64,000 bases of DNA from Candidatus Hydrogenedentes bacterium UBA6118 (GTDB lineage: Bacteria; Hydrogenedentota; Hydrogenedentia; Hydrogenedentales; SLHB01). The notes beneath the pieces were generated by a model. The model was not told the origin of the DNA. It saw only the letters and a program-made list of their open reading frames with translations, and ran no database searches. The position numbers and the translations under genes are program-made. Shown here piece after piece: positions 29,118 to 40,159 of the stretch (its first letter is position 1; every line of letters starts with the position of its first letter). Location of the stretch: assembly GCA_002422525.1 (NCBI GenBank), contig DIWA01000086.1, positions 52,533-116,532 on the forward strand. Direction: 5' to 3'.

Positions 29118-30183
29118 CGACCTGCCAGAGCTGGATGTTGCGCGCGCGGAACGCGGCGGCGCACACCAGCAGGTAGTATTCCCACATGCGTTTGAAGCGC
29201 TCGTCGTACTTCTCGGCGAGCCGGGGCCACGCCTGCTGGAAGTTCGCGTGCCAAGCCATGAGCGTCTTGTCGTAGTGCGGGCCTAAGTTGTGCCAGTCTT
29301 CCATGACGAACAGGCATTCGGCCGCGCGTGCGATCTGCGCCGCGCTCGGCAGCATGCTGTTCGGAAAGATGTACTTCGATATCCATGGATCCGTGCCGCC
29401 CGTCCCGGAGCGGTTCGCGCCGATCGTGTGCAGAAGGAAGATGCCGTCGTCGGTCAGGCAGCGGTGGGCCGTGCGCATGAAGGTGCGGTAGTTGCGGTGA
29501 CCGACATGCTCGAACATGCCGACGGAGACGATCTTGTCAAACCGGCCATCGATCGCGCGGTAATCCTGGTTCAGAAACGTCACGGGCAGGTCCGCGCAGA
29601 AGGTCTCCGCGTAGCCGAGCTGCTCCTGTGAGATGTTCACACCGGTCACGCGACACCCGACGCGCTCTGCGGCGTACTTGGCCAGACCGCCCCACCCCGA
29701 GCCGATGTCGAGCAGATGGTCGTCCTTGCTCAACTCGAGTTTGCCGCAGATCAGGGCGAGTTTGTTGACCTGCGCCTCTTCCAGCCGATCGGTCCCGTCG
29801 AAGTAGGCGCAACTGTACTGCTTGTACTCTGGATCCAGGAACGAGAAGAAGAGGTCGTTGCCGATGTTGTAGTGGCGGTCGGCGATGATGTGCGCGCGGG
29901 CTTTGGACTGGAGGTTGCGGAGGCGGCCGTAGCCGTAGGCAAGGACCGCCGCCGCGCGGAGCAGCGGCGTCGTCTGGACCCCGGCGCGCAGCAAACGCAC
30001 CACCAGCTCATCGATGCGCTCGCACTCCCACCAGCCGTCCATGTAGGACTCGCCGAGGCCCAGGCTTCGCTCGCGCCACACGCGCCGGTACCATCGCGGG
30101 TCGCGCACGTGGATGTCCCACGGATTCGGGCCGTCGATCTGGATGCCGGCGTGCTCCAACACGCCGCGTACTGCTTTCTCCAT
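29053..30183 (-). CDS. cfa: Cyclopropane-fatty-acyl-phospholipid synthase
   Basis: SAM-MTase motif [17 protein letters not shown] plus Cfa-specific regions ([32 protein letters not shown]). Confidence 0.85.
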   Translation of the reverse strand: MEKAVRGVLEHAGIQIDGPNPWDIHVRDPRWYRRVWRERSLGLGESYMDGWWECERIDELVVRLLRAGVQTTPLLRAAAVLAYGYGRLRNLQSKARAHIIADRHYNIGNDLFFSFLDPEYKQYSCAYFDGTDRLEEAQVNKLALICGKLELSKDDHLLDIGSGWGGLAKYAAERVGCRVTGVNISQEQLGYAETFCADLPVTFLNQDYRAIDGRFDKIVSVGMFEHVGHRNYRTFMRTAHRCLTDDGIFLLHTIGANRSGTGGTDPWISKYIFPNSMLPSAAQIARAAECLFVMEDWHNLGPHYDKTLMAWHANFQQAWPRLAEKYDERFKRMWEYYLLVCAAAFRARNIQLWQVVMTKQGSGRRQPRCRGTVQAA

Positions 30184-30316
30184 GCGGTTCCTCCTCTCCG
30201 CACGAGCAAGCGACCCCGCAGGGTTCAGGATGCATAGCTCGTAGAGTAGACCCTCAACGTATTCCCAATGCCGTCACGGTGTCAAGCATCGTTTGCGGCG
30301 TTGTCCGATCCTCCCG

Positions 30317-31843
30317 TCACACGTTCGTGCGCAGCTCCATGCCGTAGAGCCGCGCGAAGACCCGCATGCGCGCGGGCAGGTCGGCGCCGGCGAACAGCAC
30401 GGGATGCGGCCCGTTGTAGATGTCGCAGATGTCGGGCACGTTGGGAATGTCCACCAGCACCCGGGTCGCGCAACCGCCTGCCGGGGGACATGTGGGCGAC
30501 GAGACGACGGACCCGGCCCAGTTGTCGAGCACGCGCTTCTCGCTGGTGTACTTCGAGAGCACGACCGGCGCGCCGGGTTCCCACTGCACGTCAAGCGCGG
30601 GCGTCTTCGGGAGTTGGTGGAAGAACGGGCGCACGTCGAACGGCCGCTCGCCCTTCCCCGGACCCTCGAGTTCCCACGCGCAGGTGCAGTGCGATCCGAA
30701 ATACTGGTTGCGCTCGGTGTCAAAGTCGGGGTTGTGGATGAAGCCCGCGCGCTCGAACAGGTGTCGGCCCAGCATGAGCGTCAGCACGGCGTTCAGGTCG
30801 TTCTCGCAGCCCGACGGTACGAGGTTGCCGTTGTTATAGGCGAAGCTGATGCACGGCTTGCGGTGCTGCAGCATGAGGCACTGGATCGTGATCGCGTCCG
30901 CGCCGTACCGGGCCATCACCTTCTGCACGGCGAAGTGGGCGCGCGCGGCGTCGAGCAGCGCGTTCTCGGCGACGTCCGTGATCCGGCCCGCGCGCTCGAA
31001 CACGGAACGGGCGAACGCCGCGACTTCGTCGTCCGCGGGCGTCGCGTCGAACGTGTCGTTGAACTCCGCGGCGGGGATGCCCACGACCGACACGCCCAGG
31101 CCTTCCTCGTAGGCCTCGGCGCGTTCGGTCAGTCCCCCCGAAACGCGGAGCAGTCGACTCTGGGAGAGCTGACGCTTCGCGTGGACCGCACGGAATCCGC
31201 GTTCGATCGCGTCCCAGTTCTCGATCGAATGGATGTAGTAGAGGTTCGGGCCCGTGCGGAACGCCGCCGGCGGGATCTGATGGTGCGAGCCCACCGGGTG
31301 GTAGAGGATCGCGGGGATGCCGCAGCCCGCGATGATCGCCTGCGCCTTGTTTGAGAACGAGTTCCAGAAGTTGACGATCAACACGGCGTCGGGCTGGGCG
31401 GCCTTCACCTGCTCGATGTATGCCGCGACCTTCTCGTCCTCATACAGCGCCTCGGGCAGCATTTCGACCTGCACGCCCACGCGCTCCGCGGCCGCGTTGA
31501 TCTCTCGCAGGAACCGCTCGTGCTGCGCCCGCGGCTCGAACTGGTTCCCCGGCCACGTGAACCACTGGTGCGGGGCCCACGCGTCTTCCGCCTCGCCGCG
31601 CAACACGACCTCCGCGGGCGGATAGAGGAACACGCCCATGATCCGGGCCGGCTGCTTGGGGATCGGTTCGAAGACGGGACCGTCGCCGGCGTCCGGCGTC
31701 TGCGCGAACGCGCCGCTCGTCGCGAGCAGCCCGAGGCCCGCCCCGGCGAGTCCGCCCGCCATCAGAAACTGGCGTCGGCCCAGCGTGTACGGTTCCGCCG
31801 CCGGTTCGTTCCCGTGTGAGCATTCTCCCCCGCAACAACACAT
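30317..31843 (-). CDS. Tat-exported hypothetical protein (508 aa)
   Basis: Twin-arginine signal LGRRQFLMAGGLAGAGLGLLATSGAFAQ, GAGAGGG RBS, normal composition; no family recognised. The rest of the 1027-aa track ORF upstream is spurious. Confidence 0.55.
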   Translation of the reverse strand: MCCCGGECSHGNEPAAEPYTLGRRQFLMAGGLAGAGLGLLATSGAFAQTPDAGDGPVFEPIPKQPARIMGVFLYPPAEVVLRGEAEDAWAPHQWFTWPGNQFEPRAQHERFLREINAAAERVGVQVEMLPEALYEDEKVAAYIEQVKAAQPDAVLIVNFWNSFSNKAQAIIAGCGIPAILYHPVGSHHQIPPAAFRTGPNLYYIHSIENWDAIERGFRAVHAKRQLSQSRLLRVSGGLTERAEAYEEGLGVSVVGIPAAEFNDTFDATPADDEVAAFARSVFERAGRITDVAENALLDAARAHFAVQKVMARYGADAITIQCLMLQHRKPCISFAYNNGNLVPSGCENDLNAVLTLMLGRHLFERAGFIHNPDFDTERNQYFGSHCTCAWELEGPGKGERPFDVRPFFHQLPKTPALDVQWEPGAPVVLSKYTSEKRVLDNWAGSVVSSPTCPPAGGCATRVLVDIPNVPDICDIYNGPHPVLFAGADLPARMRVFARLYGMELRTNV

Positions 31844-32095
31844 CGCTAGACCCTCTCGATCGCATCGGCCGCGAGGATCGCCCGCGGCCGTCCTCCGTTG
31901 CGCGTCGTCCCCGCCGATGCCGTCGTCGGCGCGGATGGATTGCCTATGGCCCGACGCGACTGCATATGGCATGATAGCACGAACGCGATGGGCGCGGGTC
32001 CACTGGTTCGCGAGCAGGCGGTTCGCGAGCAGGCCGGCGCGCGCCGGGGAAGCGCGGCCGACCCCTGGGGGCGGCGGCGAGCAGGGAGGGAGACG

Positions 32096-33511
32096 ATGCG
32101 GATGCGATGTGCACTGTGCGGGATGCTGATGGCCGTTGCGACGACGTCGGCATGGAGCGATGAGACGCCTCGGGTGACCGTCGAGCACGGTCCGACGGGG
32201 AAACCCTATCTGAGCTATGGCGGCGAGCCGCTCTTTGCGTTCGGCCCGGGCGACGAATCGCGCATCACGGGCGGCGCGGCGGACCTGGAGCGCTGGGCCG
32301 CGTGGCAGCGCGACAACGGGATGAACCTCCTGCGGACCTATCCGTGCTCGATTCCGCTTGCCGTCTACGGCACGCCGGGGCCGGAAGCGTTTCATCGCGC
32401 GGGAGACGGGTCGAAGTGGGATGTGGACCGGTTCGACGACGCGTTCTTTGCGTCTTTCGGGGACGCCGTACGGCGGCTCGAGGAGCATGGGATTCTGGTG
32501 CACCTCCAGCTCTGGCAGATCGTGTTCTTCAAGAGCGGACCGACGCGGTGGGACGCGAACTACCTGAATCCCAGGAACAACATCAACGAGTGGACCCGGG
32601 AGTTCGAGCGCGGCCATCAGTACATCAATGCGCCGGCCGGCAGCCGCGCCCGCGCGCATCAGCGCGCGTGGGTCACGCACATCCTCGACGCGGTGAAGGG
32701 GCGCGGGAACGTCTGGATCGACGTGATCAACGAACTCGGAAACGAGATGGGCGATCTCGAGTGGGCCGTCGAGGTGGTCGGGTGGATCCGCGAATGGGAG
32801 CGAGAGAACGACTGGCATTTCCTCGTGGGCGTGGATTCCGAGCACCACTACCGGCCCGATCAGTTCGGCAGGTACGCCGACCATTTCGACCTGATCATCC
32901 TGAATGAGCCGCGGAGTCCCGAGCATGCGCGCGAGGCGTTCGACGCGTTCGGCAAGCCGATCGTGAGCGTGCGCTCCAGCGACGGAAGCAACCGGCGCGA
33001 GGACTACATGTTCGCGGACGAGAACCAGACCGGTCCCGAGCATCAGACGCGCTATCGTACGCTGTGCTATCGCAGCATGTTCAGCAACCTGCAGGCGGTC
33101 GGCGCGTACTGGAAGAGCCCGGTCGACGTCGCGGACTACAAGGACATGGCGCACTGGCCGCGGTACGCCCGCGCCTTGCGCGCGTTCTGGAAAATGATCG
33201 CGCCGGAGTGGCCGGGGCTCGTCGTGGACGACGGCATCGTGAAGTCGGACCCCGTCGCGCCGCATGCGTATGGACTGCGGTCGGACGCGTTGCATCTGGT
33301 CTACCTCGAATGCGGGAGCCACACGTGGAACGAGGCCTACCCGGCCTCCGAGATCGTCATCGCGAAGCCGGCGACCGTCGGCCGCGTCGCGCTGTTCCAT
33401 CCGCGGACGGGCGAGACCGATTCGGCGGAGTATGCAGTCCGAGACGACGCCGTGGTCGTCTCATTGCCCGCGTTCACGGAAGATATCGTTGTGATGGCGT
33501 GGGCGGAGTGA
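32096..33511 (+). CDS. Secreted clan GH-A (cellulase-like TIM-barrel) glycoside hydrolase, family not assigned
   Basis: Signal peptide MRMRCALCGMLMAVATTSAWS, GGGAGGGAG RBS, and GMNLLRTY...VHLQLW...WIDVINELGNE (NEL/NEP-type acid/base motif). Confidence 0.6.
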   Translation: MRMRCALCGMLMAVATTSAWSDETPRVTVEHGPTGKPYLSYGGEPLFAFGPGDESRITGGAADLERWAAWQRDNGMNLLRTYPCSIPLAVYGTPGPEAFHRAGDGSKWDVDRFDDAFFASFGDAVRRLEEHGILVHLQLWQIVFFKSGPTRWDANYLNPRNNINEWTREFERGHQYINAPAGSRARAHQRAWVTHILDAVKGRGNVWIDVINELGNEMGDLEWAVEVVGWIREWERENDWHFLVGVDSEHHYRPDQFGRYADHFDLIILNEPRSPEHAREAFDAFGKPIVSVRSSDGSNRREDYMFADENQTGPEHQTRYRTLCYRSMFSNLQAVGAYWKSPVDVADYKDMAHWPRYARALRAFWKMIAPEWPGLVVDDGIVKSDPVAPHAYGLRSDALHLVYLECGSHTWNEAYPASEIVIAKPATVGRVALFHPRTGETDSAEYAVRDDAVVVSLPAFTEDIVVMAWAE

Positions 33512-33526
33512 CCTGGGGAGATCAGC

Positions 33527-35971
33527 ATGATGGGCGCACGGTGGATGGGCATGACTGCGGCCGCGTTGATGGTGACGGGGCAGATCGCGGCGCAGGGCGG
33601 CGTCGCGGAGGAGGGGAGGGCTTCGGCGCTCGCGCCGCCGCCCGAGGATGCGTCGTGGCATCTGTGGTATCGCCAGCCCGCGCAGGATTGGAACGAGGCC
33701 TTGCCGCTCGGCAACGGTCGTCTTGGCGCGATGGTCTTCGGCGGCGTGGGCGAGGAGCGCCTGCAGCTCAATGACGATACGCTGTGGACGGGCCGGCCGC
33801 ACGACTACAGCGTGCCGGGGGCGTGCGCGCATCTGCCCGAGGTGCGGCGGCTGCTGTTCGCGGGCAAGGAGGCCGAGGCGACGGCGTTGGCGGATCGCCA
33901 TCTGATGGGAGACCCGGAACGGCAGCAGGCCTACCAGCCCCTCGGCGATCTCCATCTGCGGTTCGAGGGCCACGACGCCTGCGAGGCGTACCGCCGTGAA
34001 CTCGATATCCGCAACGGCGTCACCCGCGTGCGCTATCGCGTCGGTGAGACCGTCTACACCCGCGAGTGCTTCATCTCCGCGCCCGACCAGGCGCTCGTCG
34101 TACGGCTCGCCGCGGAAGGGCCGGATGCGCTGACGTTCCGCGCTTCGCTGACCAGTCCGCATCCGTCGGAGGTCGCCGTGGAAGACGGCGATCGGATCGT
34201 CCTCCGGGGCCGGTGGATCGGCGACGGGCAGACGCACGACGTGCAGGCGGGCGTCGAAGGCGAGGGGATCGGGTTCGAGGCGGCATTGCACGTGACCTGC
34301 GACGGGGGCGCCGTGTCGGCCGACGACGGCGTGTTGCGCGTCTCCGGGGCGAACGAGGCGGTGCTGCGGTTCGCCGCCGCGACGAGCTTCGTGGACTACC
34401 GCCGGATCGACGGGGACGCATCGACGGCGTGTCGAAGCGTGTTGGCGGGGGCGATCGCCAAGGACTACGCGACCCTGCGCGCGGCGCACACGCGCGACGT
34501 GCGCGGGCTGATGGAGCGGGTCTCGCTGGACCTGGGCGGCTCGGAACGGGCGCGGGAGCCGACCGACGTGCGACTGCAGGCGGTGCAACAGGGCGCGGAC
34601 GACCCCGCGCTGTGCGCGCTCTACTTCCAGTACGGACGCTATCTGCTTGCCTCGTCGAGTCGCCCCGGCACACAGCCCGCGAACCTGCAGGGGATCTGGA
34701 ACCAGGACCTTACGCCGGCGTGGGGCAGCAAGTGGACCGTCAACATCAACACCGAGATGAACTACTGGCCGGCGGAGGCGTGCAACCTCGCCGAATGCCA
34801 CGGACCGCTGTTCGACCTGCTCGACGACCTCGCCGTTACGGGCGCCGTCGTCGCGCGGGACCACTACGACTGCGGGGGATGGGTGCTCCACCACAACGCC
34901 GACCTGTGGCGCGGCGCGGCGCCGGTCGACGGGGTCTGGGGCGTGTGGCCCATGGGGGCGGCCTGGCTGGCGCGTCACCCGTGGGAGCACTACCTGTACA
35001 GCGGCGACCTCGCCTTCCTCGAGGAGCGGGCCTGGCCGCTGATGCGCGGGGCCGCGCGCTTTATCCTCGACTTCCTCGTGAAAGCCCCGGAAGGGACGCC
35101 GGTTGCGGGCAAGCTGGTGACCTGTCCGTCGCATTCGCCCGAGAACGCGTTCCGCAAGCCGGACGGTTCGACCTCGATGTTCACGTACGCGGCGACCATG
35201 GACCTGATGATCGTGCGCGACCTCTTGACGAACTGCATCGCGGCGATCGATGCGCTGGATGCGGGCGAGGGGACGTTCGAGCGGGAACTGCGCGCGGAGA
35301 TGACGGATGCGCTCGATCGCCTTGCGCCTGTTCAGATCAGTCCGCGGGACGGGCGGCTGCAGGAGTGGATCGAAGACTACGACGAGCCCGAGCCGGGGCA
35401 TCGGCACATGTCGCACATGTACGGCCTGCACCCCGCGGCGCAGATCACCCCGCGGGGAACGCCCGAGCTGGCCGCGGCGGCGCGCAAGAGCCTGGAACAC
35501 CGGCTCGCCCACGGCGGCGGCGGGACGGGGTGGAGCCGCGCCTGGCTGGTGAACTTGTTCGCCCGGCTCGAGGACGGCGCGGCCGCGCATGAACACCTGC
35601 ACCTGCTGTTCGCCCGGTCGACGCTGCCGAATCTGTTCGACTCGCATCCGCCGTTCCAGATCGACGGCAACTTCGGGGCCACGGCGGGCGTCGCGGAGAT
35701 GCTCGTGCAGAGCCACGCGGGGGAGATCCATCTGTTGCCGGCCCTGCCGCCGCAATGGCCCGACGGGTCCGTGTCGGGGCTGCGCGCCCGGGGAGGGTTC
35801 GAAGCGGATCTGTCATGGCGCGACGGCAAACTGACGGAAGCCGTGCTGCGGTCGACCGGCGGCCGCACGGCGACCGTGCGCTACGGAACCGCGACCGGTG
35901 CGGTGGAACTGGCGCCCGGGGAGGCGGCGGACCTCATCGCGATGGGGCTCTGGAGCGACGGCGGGAACTGA
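33527..35971 (+). CDS. GH95 alpha-L-fucosidase
   Basis: [43 protein letters not shown] is the canonical GH95 N-terminus, followed by the (alpha/alpha)6 catalytic domain. Confidence 0.85.
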   Translation: MMGARWMGMTAAALMVTGQIAAQGGVAEEGRASALAPPPEDASWHLWYRQPAQDWNEALPLGNGRLGAMVFGGVGEERLQLNDDTLWTGRPHDYSVPGACAHLPEVRRLLFAGKEAEATALADRHLMGDPERQQAYQPLGDLHLRFEGHDACEAYRRELDIRNGVTRVRYRVGETVYTRECFISAPDQALVVRLAAEGPDALTFRASLTSPHPSEVAVEDGDRIVLRGRWIGDGQTHDVQAGVEGEGIGFEAALHVTCDGGAVSADDGVLRVSGANEAVLRFAAATSFVDYRRIDGDASTACRSVLAGAIAKDYATLRAAHTRDVRGLMERVSLDLGGSERAREPTDVRLQAVQQGADDPALCALYFQYGRYLLASSSRPGTQPANLQGIWNQDLTPAWGSKWTVNINTEMNYWPAEACNLAECHGPLFDLLDDLAVTGAVVARDHYDCGGWVLHHNADLWRGAAPVDGVWGVWPMGAAWLARHPWEHYLYSGDLAFLEERAWPLMRGAARFILDFLVKAPEGTPVAGKLVTCPSHSPENAFRKPDGSTSMFTYAATMDLMIVRDLLTNCIAAIDALDAGEGTFERELRAEMTDALDRLAPVQISPRDGRLQEWIEDYDEPEPGHRHMSHMYGLHPAAQITPRGTPELAAAARKSLEHRLAHGGGGTGWSRAWLVNLFARLEDGAAAHEHLHLLFARSTLPNLFDSHPPFQIDGNFGATAGVAEMLVQSHAGEIHLLPALPPQWPDGSVSGLRARGGFEADLSWRDGKLTEAVLRSTGGRTATVRYGTATGAVELAPGEAADLIAMGLWSDGGN

Positions 35972-35998
35972 GGTTCCCGAGGGCGACCAACCGGCGCG

Positions 35999-37150
35999 TC
36001 AGGTCGCCGGCACGGCGTCGGCCTCCGCGATCGCCTCGAGGCCGCGGGGCAGCAGTTCGACGGGCAACACATACACGCGTGTGTCAGCGTTTCCCGTGCG
36101 AAGCTGACGGTTGATCAGATCCACCGCCATGGCCCCGGCCCGAGCGAAGTTGGAGACCGTTGTGGGGAACGGCGGGCGCATGGCCTGGCCGATCATCAGG
36201 TTGTCGAACCCGGCGACCCGCAATTCCTCGGGCGACGCGATGCCCATCTCGCGGGCGCAGGTGATCACGGCCACGGCGCAGTTGTCTTCGAGGGCGATCA
36301 GCGCGGAGGGCCGTTCCGACGCGTCGCGCCACCGGGTGAGATGGCGTTCGAACTCGCCCAAGCTCGCCCCGAACCCGGCGCTGAAATCGGCCGCCACCTC
36401 CCAGAGCCAGTCCGACTCCGGCCGAATGCCGGCGCTGGTCAACGCCGCCAACCAGCCCTGATACCGTTCGCTCGTGGCGCGGTACAGCAGCTCGCTGTCC
36501 TGGTGGTAGAACTTCATGAACGCGATGCGCCTGTGCCCTTCGAGAAGGAGCAGGCGCGTCATCTCGTACCCCGCATTGTAGTTGTCGAACACGATCTGCG
36601 CGCGGTGATGCTCGGGCAGCGCCGTGCCCACCAGCACAATGGGCTCGCCGACGAACTCGGTGTTCAGGTAGTCGTCGCGTACTTCGCTCAGCGATCGCAC
36701 GGCCGGGTGCAGCGCCACGCCCCGGCATCCCGCGGCGAACAGCTCATGGAGCGCGGCGCGTTCCGCCCGGTAGCGGTTCTCCGCCGTCGACAGCAAGAGG
36801 TGGTATCCGTACCGACGGCATCCGTGCGACACGCCTTCGTAGAGGCGGGTCATCATTTCGGAGGAGCTTGGCGCGGGCAGGATGAGTCCGATGCGGACGG
36901 GGCCGTGGTCCGGGGAGATGGGCCGCTGCTCATGCGCCACGAAACAGCCCCGCCCCTGGTAGCGCACGACGAGTCCCTGGGCCTCGAGTTGGCTCAACGC
37001 GTGCGCCACCGTCGCCATCGACGTGACGTACTGTTTACGCAGCTCGCGAACGCTCGGCAACTGATCGCCGATGGCGAGCGCTCCGTTGTCGATGTAGTCC
37101 TGTCGGATGCGTCTCGCCACGCGAGACGCCAGGGGGATGCGCGCAGCCAT
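35999..37150 (-). CDS. GntR-family HTH regulator fused to a LacI/PBP-type sugar-binding domain
   Basis: N-terminal GntR wHTH (LPSVRELRKQYVTSMATVAHALSQLEAQGLVV) and a C-terminal periplasmic-binding-fold region. Confidence 0.7.
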   Translation of the reverse strand: MAARIPLASRVARRIRQDYIDNGALAIGDQLPSVRELRKQYVTSMATVAHALSQLEAQGLVVRYQGRGCFVAHEQRPISPDHGPVRIGLILPAPSSSEMMTRLYEGVSHGCRRYGYHLLLSTAENRYRAERAALHELFAAGCRGVALHPAVRSLSEVRDDYLNTEFVGEPIVLVGTALPEHHRAQIVFDNYNAGYEMTRLLLLEGHRRIAFMKFYHQDSELLYRATSERYQGWLAALTSAGIRPESDWLWEVAADFSAGFGASLGEFERHLTRWRDASERPSALIALEDNCAVAVITCAREMGIASPEELRVAGFDNLMIGQAMRPPFPTTVSNFARAGAMAVDLINRQLRTGNADTRVYVLPVELLPRGLEAIAEADAVPAT

Positions 37151-37483
37151 GCCGTGTGCTCCAGCGGACCTCGTCCGCGAAAAAGTGTTCTGAACAGCGG
37201 AAAACAGGAGGTTATCAGGGCGGCCGTGTGGATGCAAACACCGCCGACGCCGGCCCCGGACCCGGATGCCGCGGATGTGGAGGTTCGGGCGGAGGGAGGG
37301 CCAAGCGGCGGCGAGTCGGGCCATTCAAGGAGCGGCCGAATTGTACCAACATGCGCGCGGCATGCGTCCTTTCCGCTGACGCGGGGTCGGTCGCCGGACT
37401 TTGGCGAAATGCATTGAATTCCGAGCCGTTTCAAGGGGGGATGGCCCCGGATCGCGCCGCGTCGGCGGCTCGCGAGAAAGTCG

Positions 37484-37512
37484 TTGACAGCCCGTAAGGT
37501 TGTACCTATAAT
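37484..37512 (+). promoter_or_regulatory. Near-consensus sigma70-type promoter (TTGACA-17 bp-TATAAT)
   Basis: cgTTGACAgcccgtaaggttgtaccTATAATgcgg read directly in the sequence, about 85 bp upstream of the regulator gene starting at 37596. Confidence 0.5.
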
Positions 37513-37595
37513 GCGGTCAAGTTGGCGGGCGCCGATGTCCTGCGACCCATGGGGAGGACCGCGGGCTCGGTGTTCGCTGCACTCGGAGATGCGGC

Positions 37596-38801
37596 GTGAA
37601 CCGGACTCTGTTGACGGACGGGTTGCCTATCTACGAGTCGATCAAGCGGTCGATTCGGGACCGGATCTTGAGCGGCGAGCTCAAGCCGGGCGACCGCGTT
37701 CCGTCCGAACACGCGCTGGCGCGCACGTTGGGCGTGAGCCGGAACCAGACGCGCCAGGCCCTCCGCGATCTCGAGCTGGAGGGGTTCCTCGAACGCGCAA
37801 GAGGGCGGGGGTCGTTCGTCGCGGAGCCCAGCAAGCGCGATGCGCCGACGAACGCCGGCCGGCAGACGGTCAGTTTCGCCTATCCTCGATTCTCTCCTCA
37901 TGGGCAGACGCCCTACTTCCACCTGCTGATCCGCGGCTTCTCGGATCGCCTCGCCGCATCCCACGTCGTACCGCAGTTCCACTACCTCGACTTGCAGCGC
38001 GATTCCGAGCTCAGCCTGCTGCGTAACGTGCGCGCGAGCGGCGTGCGCGGACTGGCCCTCCTGCCCCATTGGCGCACGCCGCAGGTCTGCGACCTCATCG
38101 AGTCCCTCGTGGACGGCGGGTTTCCGTGCGTGCTGTTCGACCATTCCCTGCCGACCTGTCCGGTCGATTTCGTTTGCACGGACAACCGCCGGGCGTACCG
38201 GCGGCTCACGGAGGAGCTGATCAGGCGCGGGTATGATCGTGTGGCCTACGTGGGCTACAACCTGGCCACCTCGGTGATGGAGGAGCGGCTGGCGGGCTAT
38301 CGCCGGGCGCTCGACCGGGCCGATATCCCGTACACGCCCGAGCGGGTCATCGACTGCGACGTGTCGGAGTCGGTGCGCAGCGAGAAACGGCTTGCCAGAG
38401 GCGCGCAGCGGGTGCGCGCGTTGCTCGACGACGCTTCGCCGCCGACGGGGTTTGTCTGTTCGGACCGCCTGACCGCGAAGCTCGTCGAGGAGGCTGCGGT
38501 CGGCGCGGGGCTTGACTGCGGGCGGGACATCGAGATCGCCGTCATGGATGACGAGATCGATCCCGACCACGAAGGCGAACTCACCCGGCTGACGGCTGTT
38601 CAGAACGGCTACGAGATCGGACGGCAGGTGGCGGAACTGCTTCTGGCGCGCATGGCCGACCCCGAGCGAACGGTCGAGCAGCGGTATGTCAGCGCGCGGG
38701 AGTTGTTTGACCGGCGCCGCGCCGATCAGGCGCCGCGGCGTTCGCGCGGACGAAGGTCGGAGCGGGAGAGGAAGGAGGCGGCGATGAAGCATTCCGAATA
38801 A
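37596..38801 (+). CDS. GntR-family HTH regulator fused to a LacI/PBP-type sugar-binding domain (second copy, divergent)
   Basis: GTG start; GntR wHTH (RVPSEHALARTLGVSRNQTRQALRDLELEGFL) plus a PBP-like domain. Confidence 0.7.
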   Translation: MNRTLLTDGLPIYESIKRSIRDRILSGELKPGDRVPSEHALARTLGVSRNQTRQALRDLELEGFLERARGRGSFVAEPSKRDAPTNAGRQTVSFAYPRFSPHGQTPYFHLLIRGFSDRLAASHVVPQFHYLDLQRDSELSLLRNVRASGVRGLALLPHWRTPQVCDLIESLVDGGFPCVLFDHSLPTCPVDFVCTDNRRAYRRLTEELIRRGYDRVAYVGYNLATSVMEERLAGYRRALDRADIPYTPERVIDCDVSESVRSEKRLARGAQRVRALLDDASPPTGFVCSDRLTAKLVEEAAVGAGLDCGRDIEIAVMDDEIDPDHEGELTRLTAVQNGYEIGRQVAELLLARMADPERTVEQRYVSARELFDRRRADQAPRRSRGRRSERERKEAAMKHSE

Positions 38802-38872
38802 CGCAGGGGTGCAGTCGGCGCGTGCGGCGCTGTGCGGCCCCTGGTGGGACGAACCAACGGAGGACATAGGTT

Positions 38873-40000
38873 ATGCGCACACGAAGTTCCGGGCGAGGGT
38901 TCACGCTTATCGAGCTGCTCGTCGTGATAGCCATCATCGCGATTCTGGCCGCGATTCTGCTGCCAGCCCTTGCGCGTGCGCGCGAGGCGGCCCGACGCGC
39001 GTCATGCCAGAACAATCTGAAACAGTGGGGGCTGGTGTTCAAGATCTATTCGAGCGAGAGCAAATCCGGCATGTTCCCGCCGGGACAGCAGACGCTGCCG
39101 GGACCCGACGGGTTGGTTGAAGGCCAGATCCACGGGGCCAGCGCGGGGGTGGATGCGCCCGTCCTGTATCCCGACTACTGGAACGATCCGTCGATCGCCA
39201 TCTGCCCGAGCGACTCCCGGGCGGACTTCCCGACGCGCGGCATCCCCATGGGCGTCGAGGAGGACTTCGCCGCGCAGATCCAGGAGATGGCCGGGCTCGT
39301 GGCGCAGGCCGGCAATCCCCCCGGCGGCAAGGCGTGCCTCAACGCGATGCTGTCCACGCCGGTCAGCTATATCTATCTGCCGTACGCCGTGAAGGACGCG
39401 TCCGAAGAGATCGACATGCTCCTTCGGGTGCGCGGTTGGGCGAGCCTCTGGGGCGGCGCCAACCAGTACAACGCATATCTGCTCGGCCAGTACTCGCAGG
39501 CCGAGATGGCGCAGTGGGGATGTCCGTACGGCGTATCCGTCGTCGGCAATGCGAAGGACGGCGAGAACTACCCGAGCTGGTGGTGGATGTGGGGCATGGC
39601 TGCGCATCTGGGGAATAACAACACGACCAACGACGACGGCGTGCTGTTGTCGACCATCAACTATAAGCGGCTGCGCGAGGGCGTGGAGCGCTTCTTCATC
39701 ACCGATATCAACAACCCCGCGGCCGGTTCGCAGTCGCAGAGCACGATCCCGGTGATGCGCGATGCGTGGTCGTCGCTCGACCCGACGCAGGACTGGCTGA
39801 ACCCGCAGCAGGTCGCCATGTTCAACCACGTGCCCGGCGGCTGCAATGTGCTGTTCATGGACGGCCACGTCGAGTACCAGCGCTACGGCACGGGGCTCAT
39901 CCAGTCCTACCAGGGCGAGATGCGTTGGAGCGCCCCATACTTCCTTCCAGCCTCGCACTGGCACCACGTGTACAGTTGGCTGTTGGGCGGTTGGGGCTGA
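38873..40000 (+). CDS. DUF1559 / H-X9-DG prepilin-like protein
   Basis: [47 protein letters not shown] ... [17 protein letters not shown]. Confidence 0.85.
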   Translation: MRTRSSGRGFTLIELLVVIAIIAILAAILLPALARAREAARRASCQNNLKQWGLVFKIYSSESKSGMFPPGQQTLPGPDGLVEGQIHGASAGVDAPVLYPDYWNDPSIAICPSDSRADFPTRGIPMGVEEDFAAQIQEMAGLVAQAGNPPGGKACLNAMLSTPVSYIYLPYAVKDASEEIDMLLRVRGWASLWGGANQYNAYLLGQYSQAEMAQWGCPYGVSVVGNAKDGENYPSWWWMWGMAAHLGNNNTTNDDGVLLSTINYKRLREGVERFFITDINNPAAGSQSQSTIPVMRDAWSSLDPTQDWLNPQQVAMFNHVPGGCNVLFMDGHVEYQRYGTGLIQSYQGEMRWSAPYFLPASHWHHVYSWLLGGWG

Positions 40001-40159
40001 CGCCCTCGCTGCACATCCGTCCCTCTGCGTGCAACGGGCTCGGCTCAACCGGCGGACCGGGCCCGTTCCATTGATCAACGGCGCGTCACGCGGCGGCGTG
40101 CGGCGTCGGTTCGTCACCGCTATACTGAGGAGCGAGTTCAGCGTGCGCGCGAACGCCTC

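Noticed and set aside
29020-29300. Possible frameshifted continuation of acs downstream of the GGF motif
   Set aside because: All three forward frames were translated. Only a short decaying resemblance ([10 protein letters not shown]) remains and none continues into the Acs adenylation core, so the gene is truncated rather than frameshifted.
31844-33400. N-terminal 519 codons of the 1027-aa minus-strand ORF 30317-33400
   Set aside because: Only the C-terminal 508 codons (Tat signal onward, with RBS) look coding. The upstream extension is antisense to the real plus-strand clan GH-A hydrolase gene.
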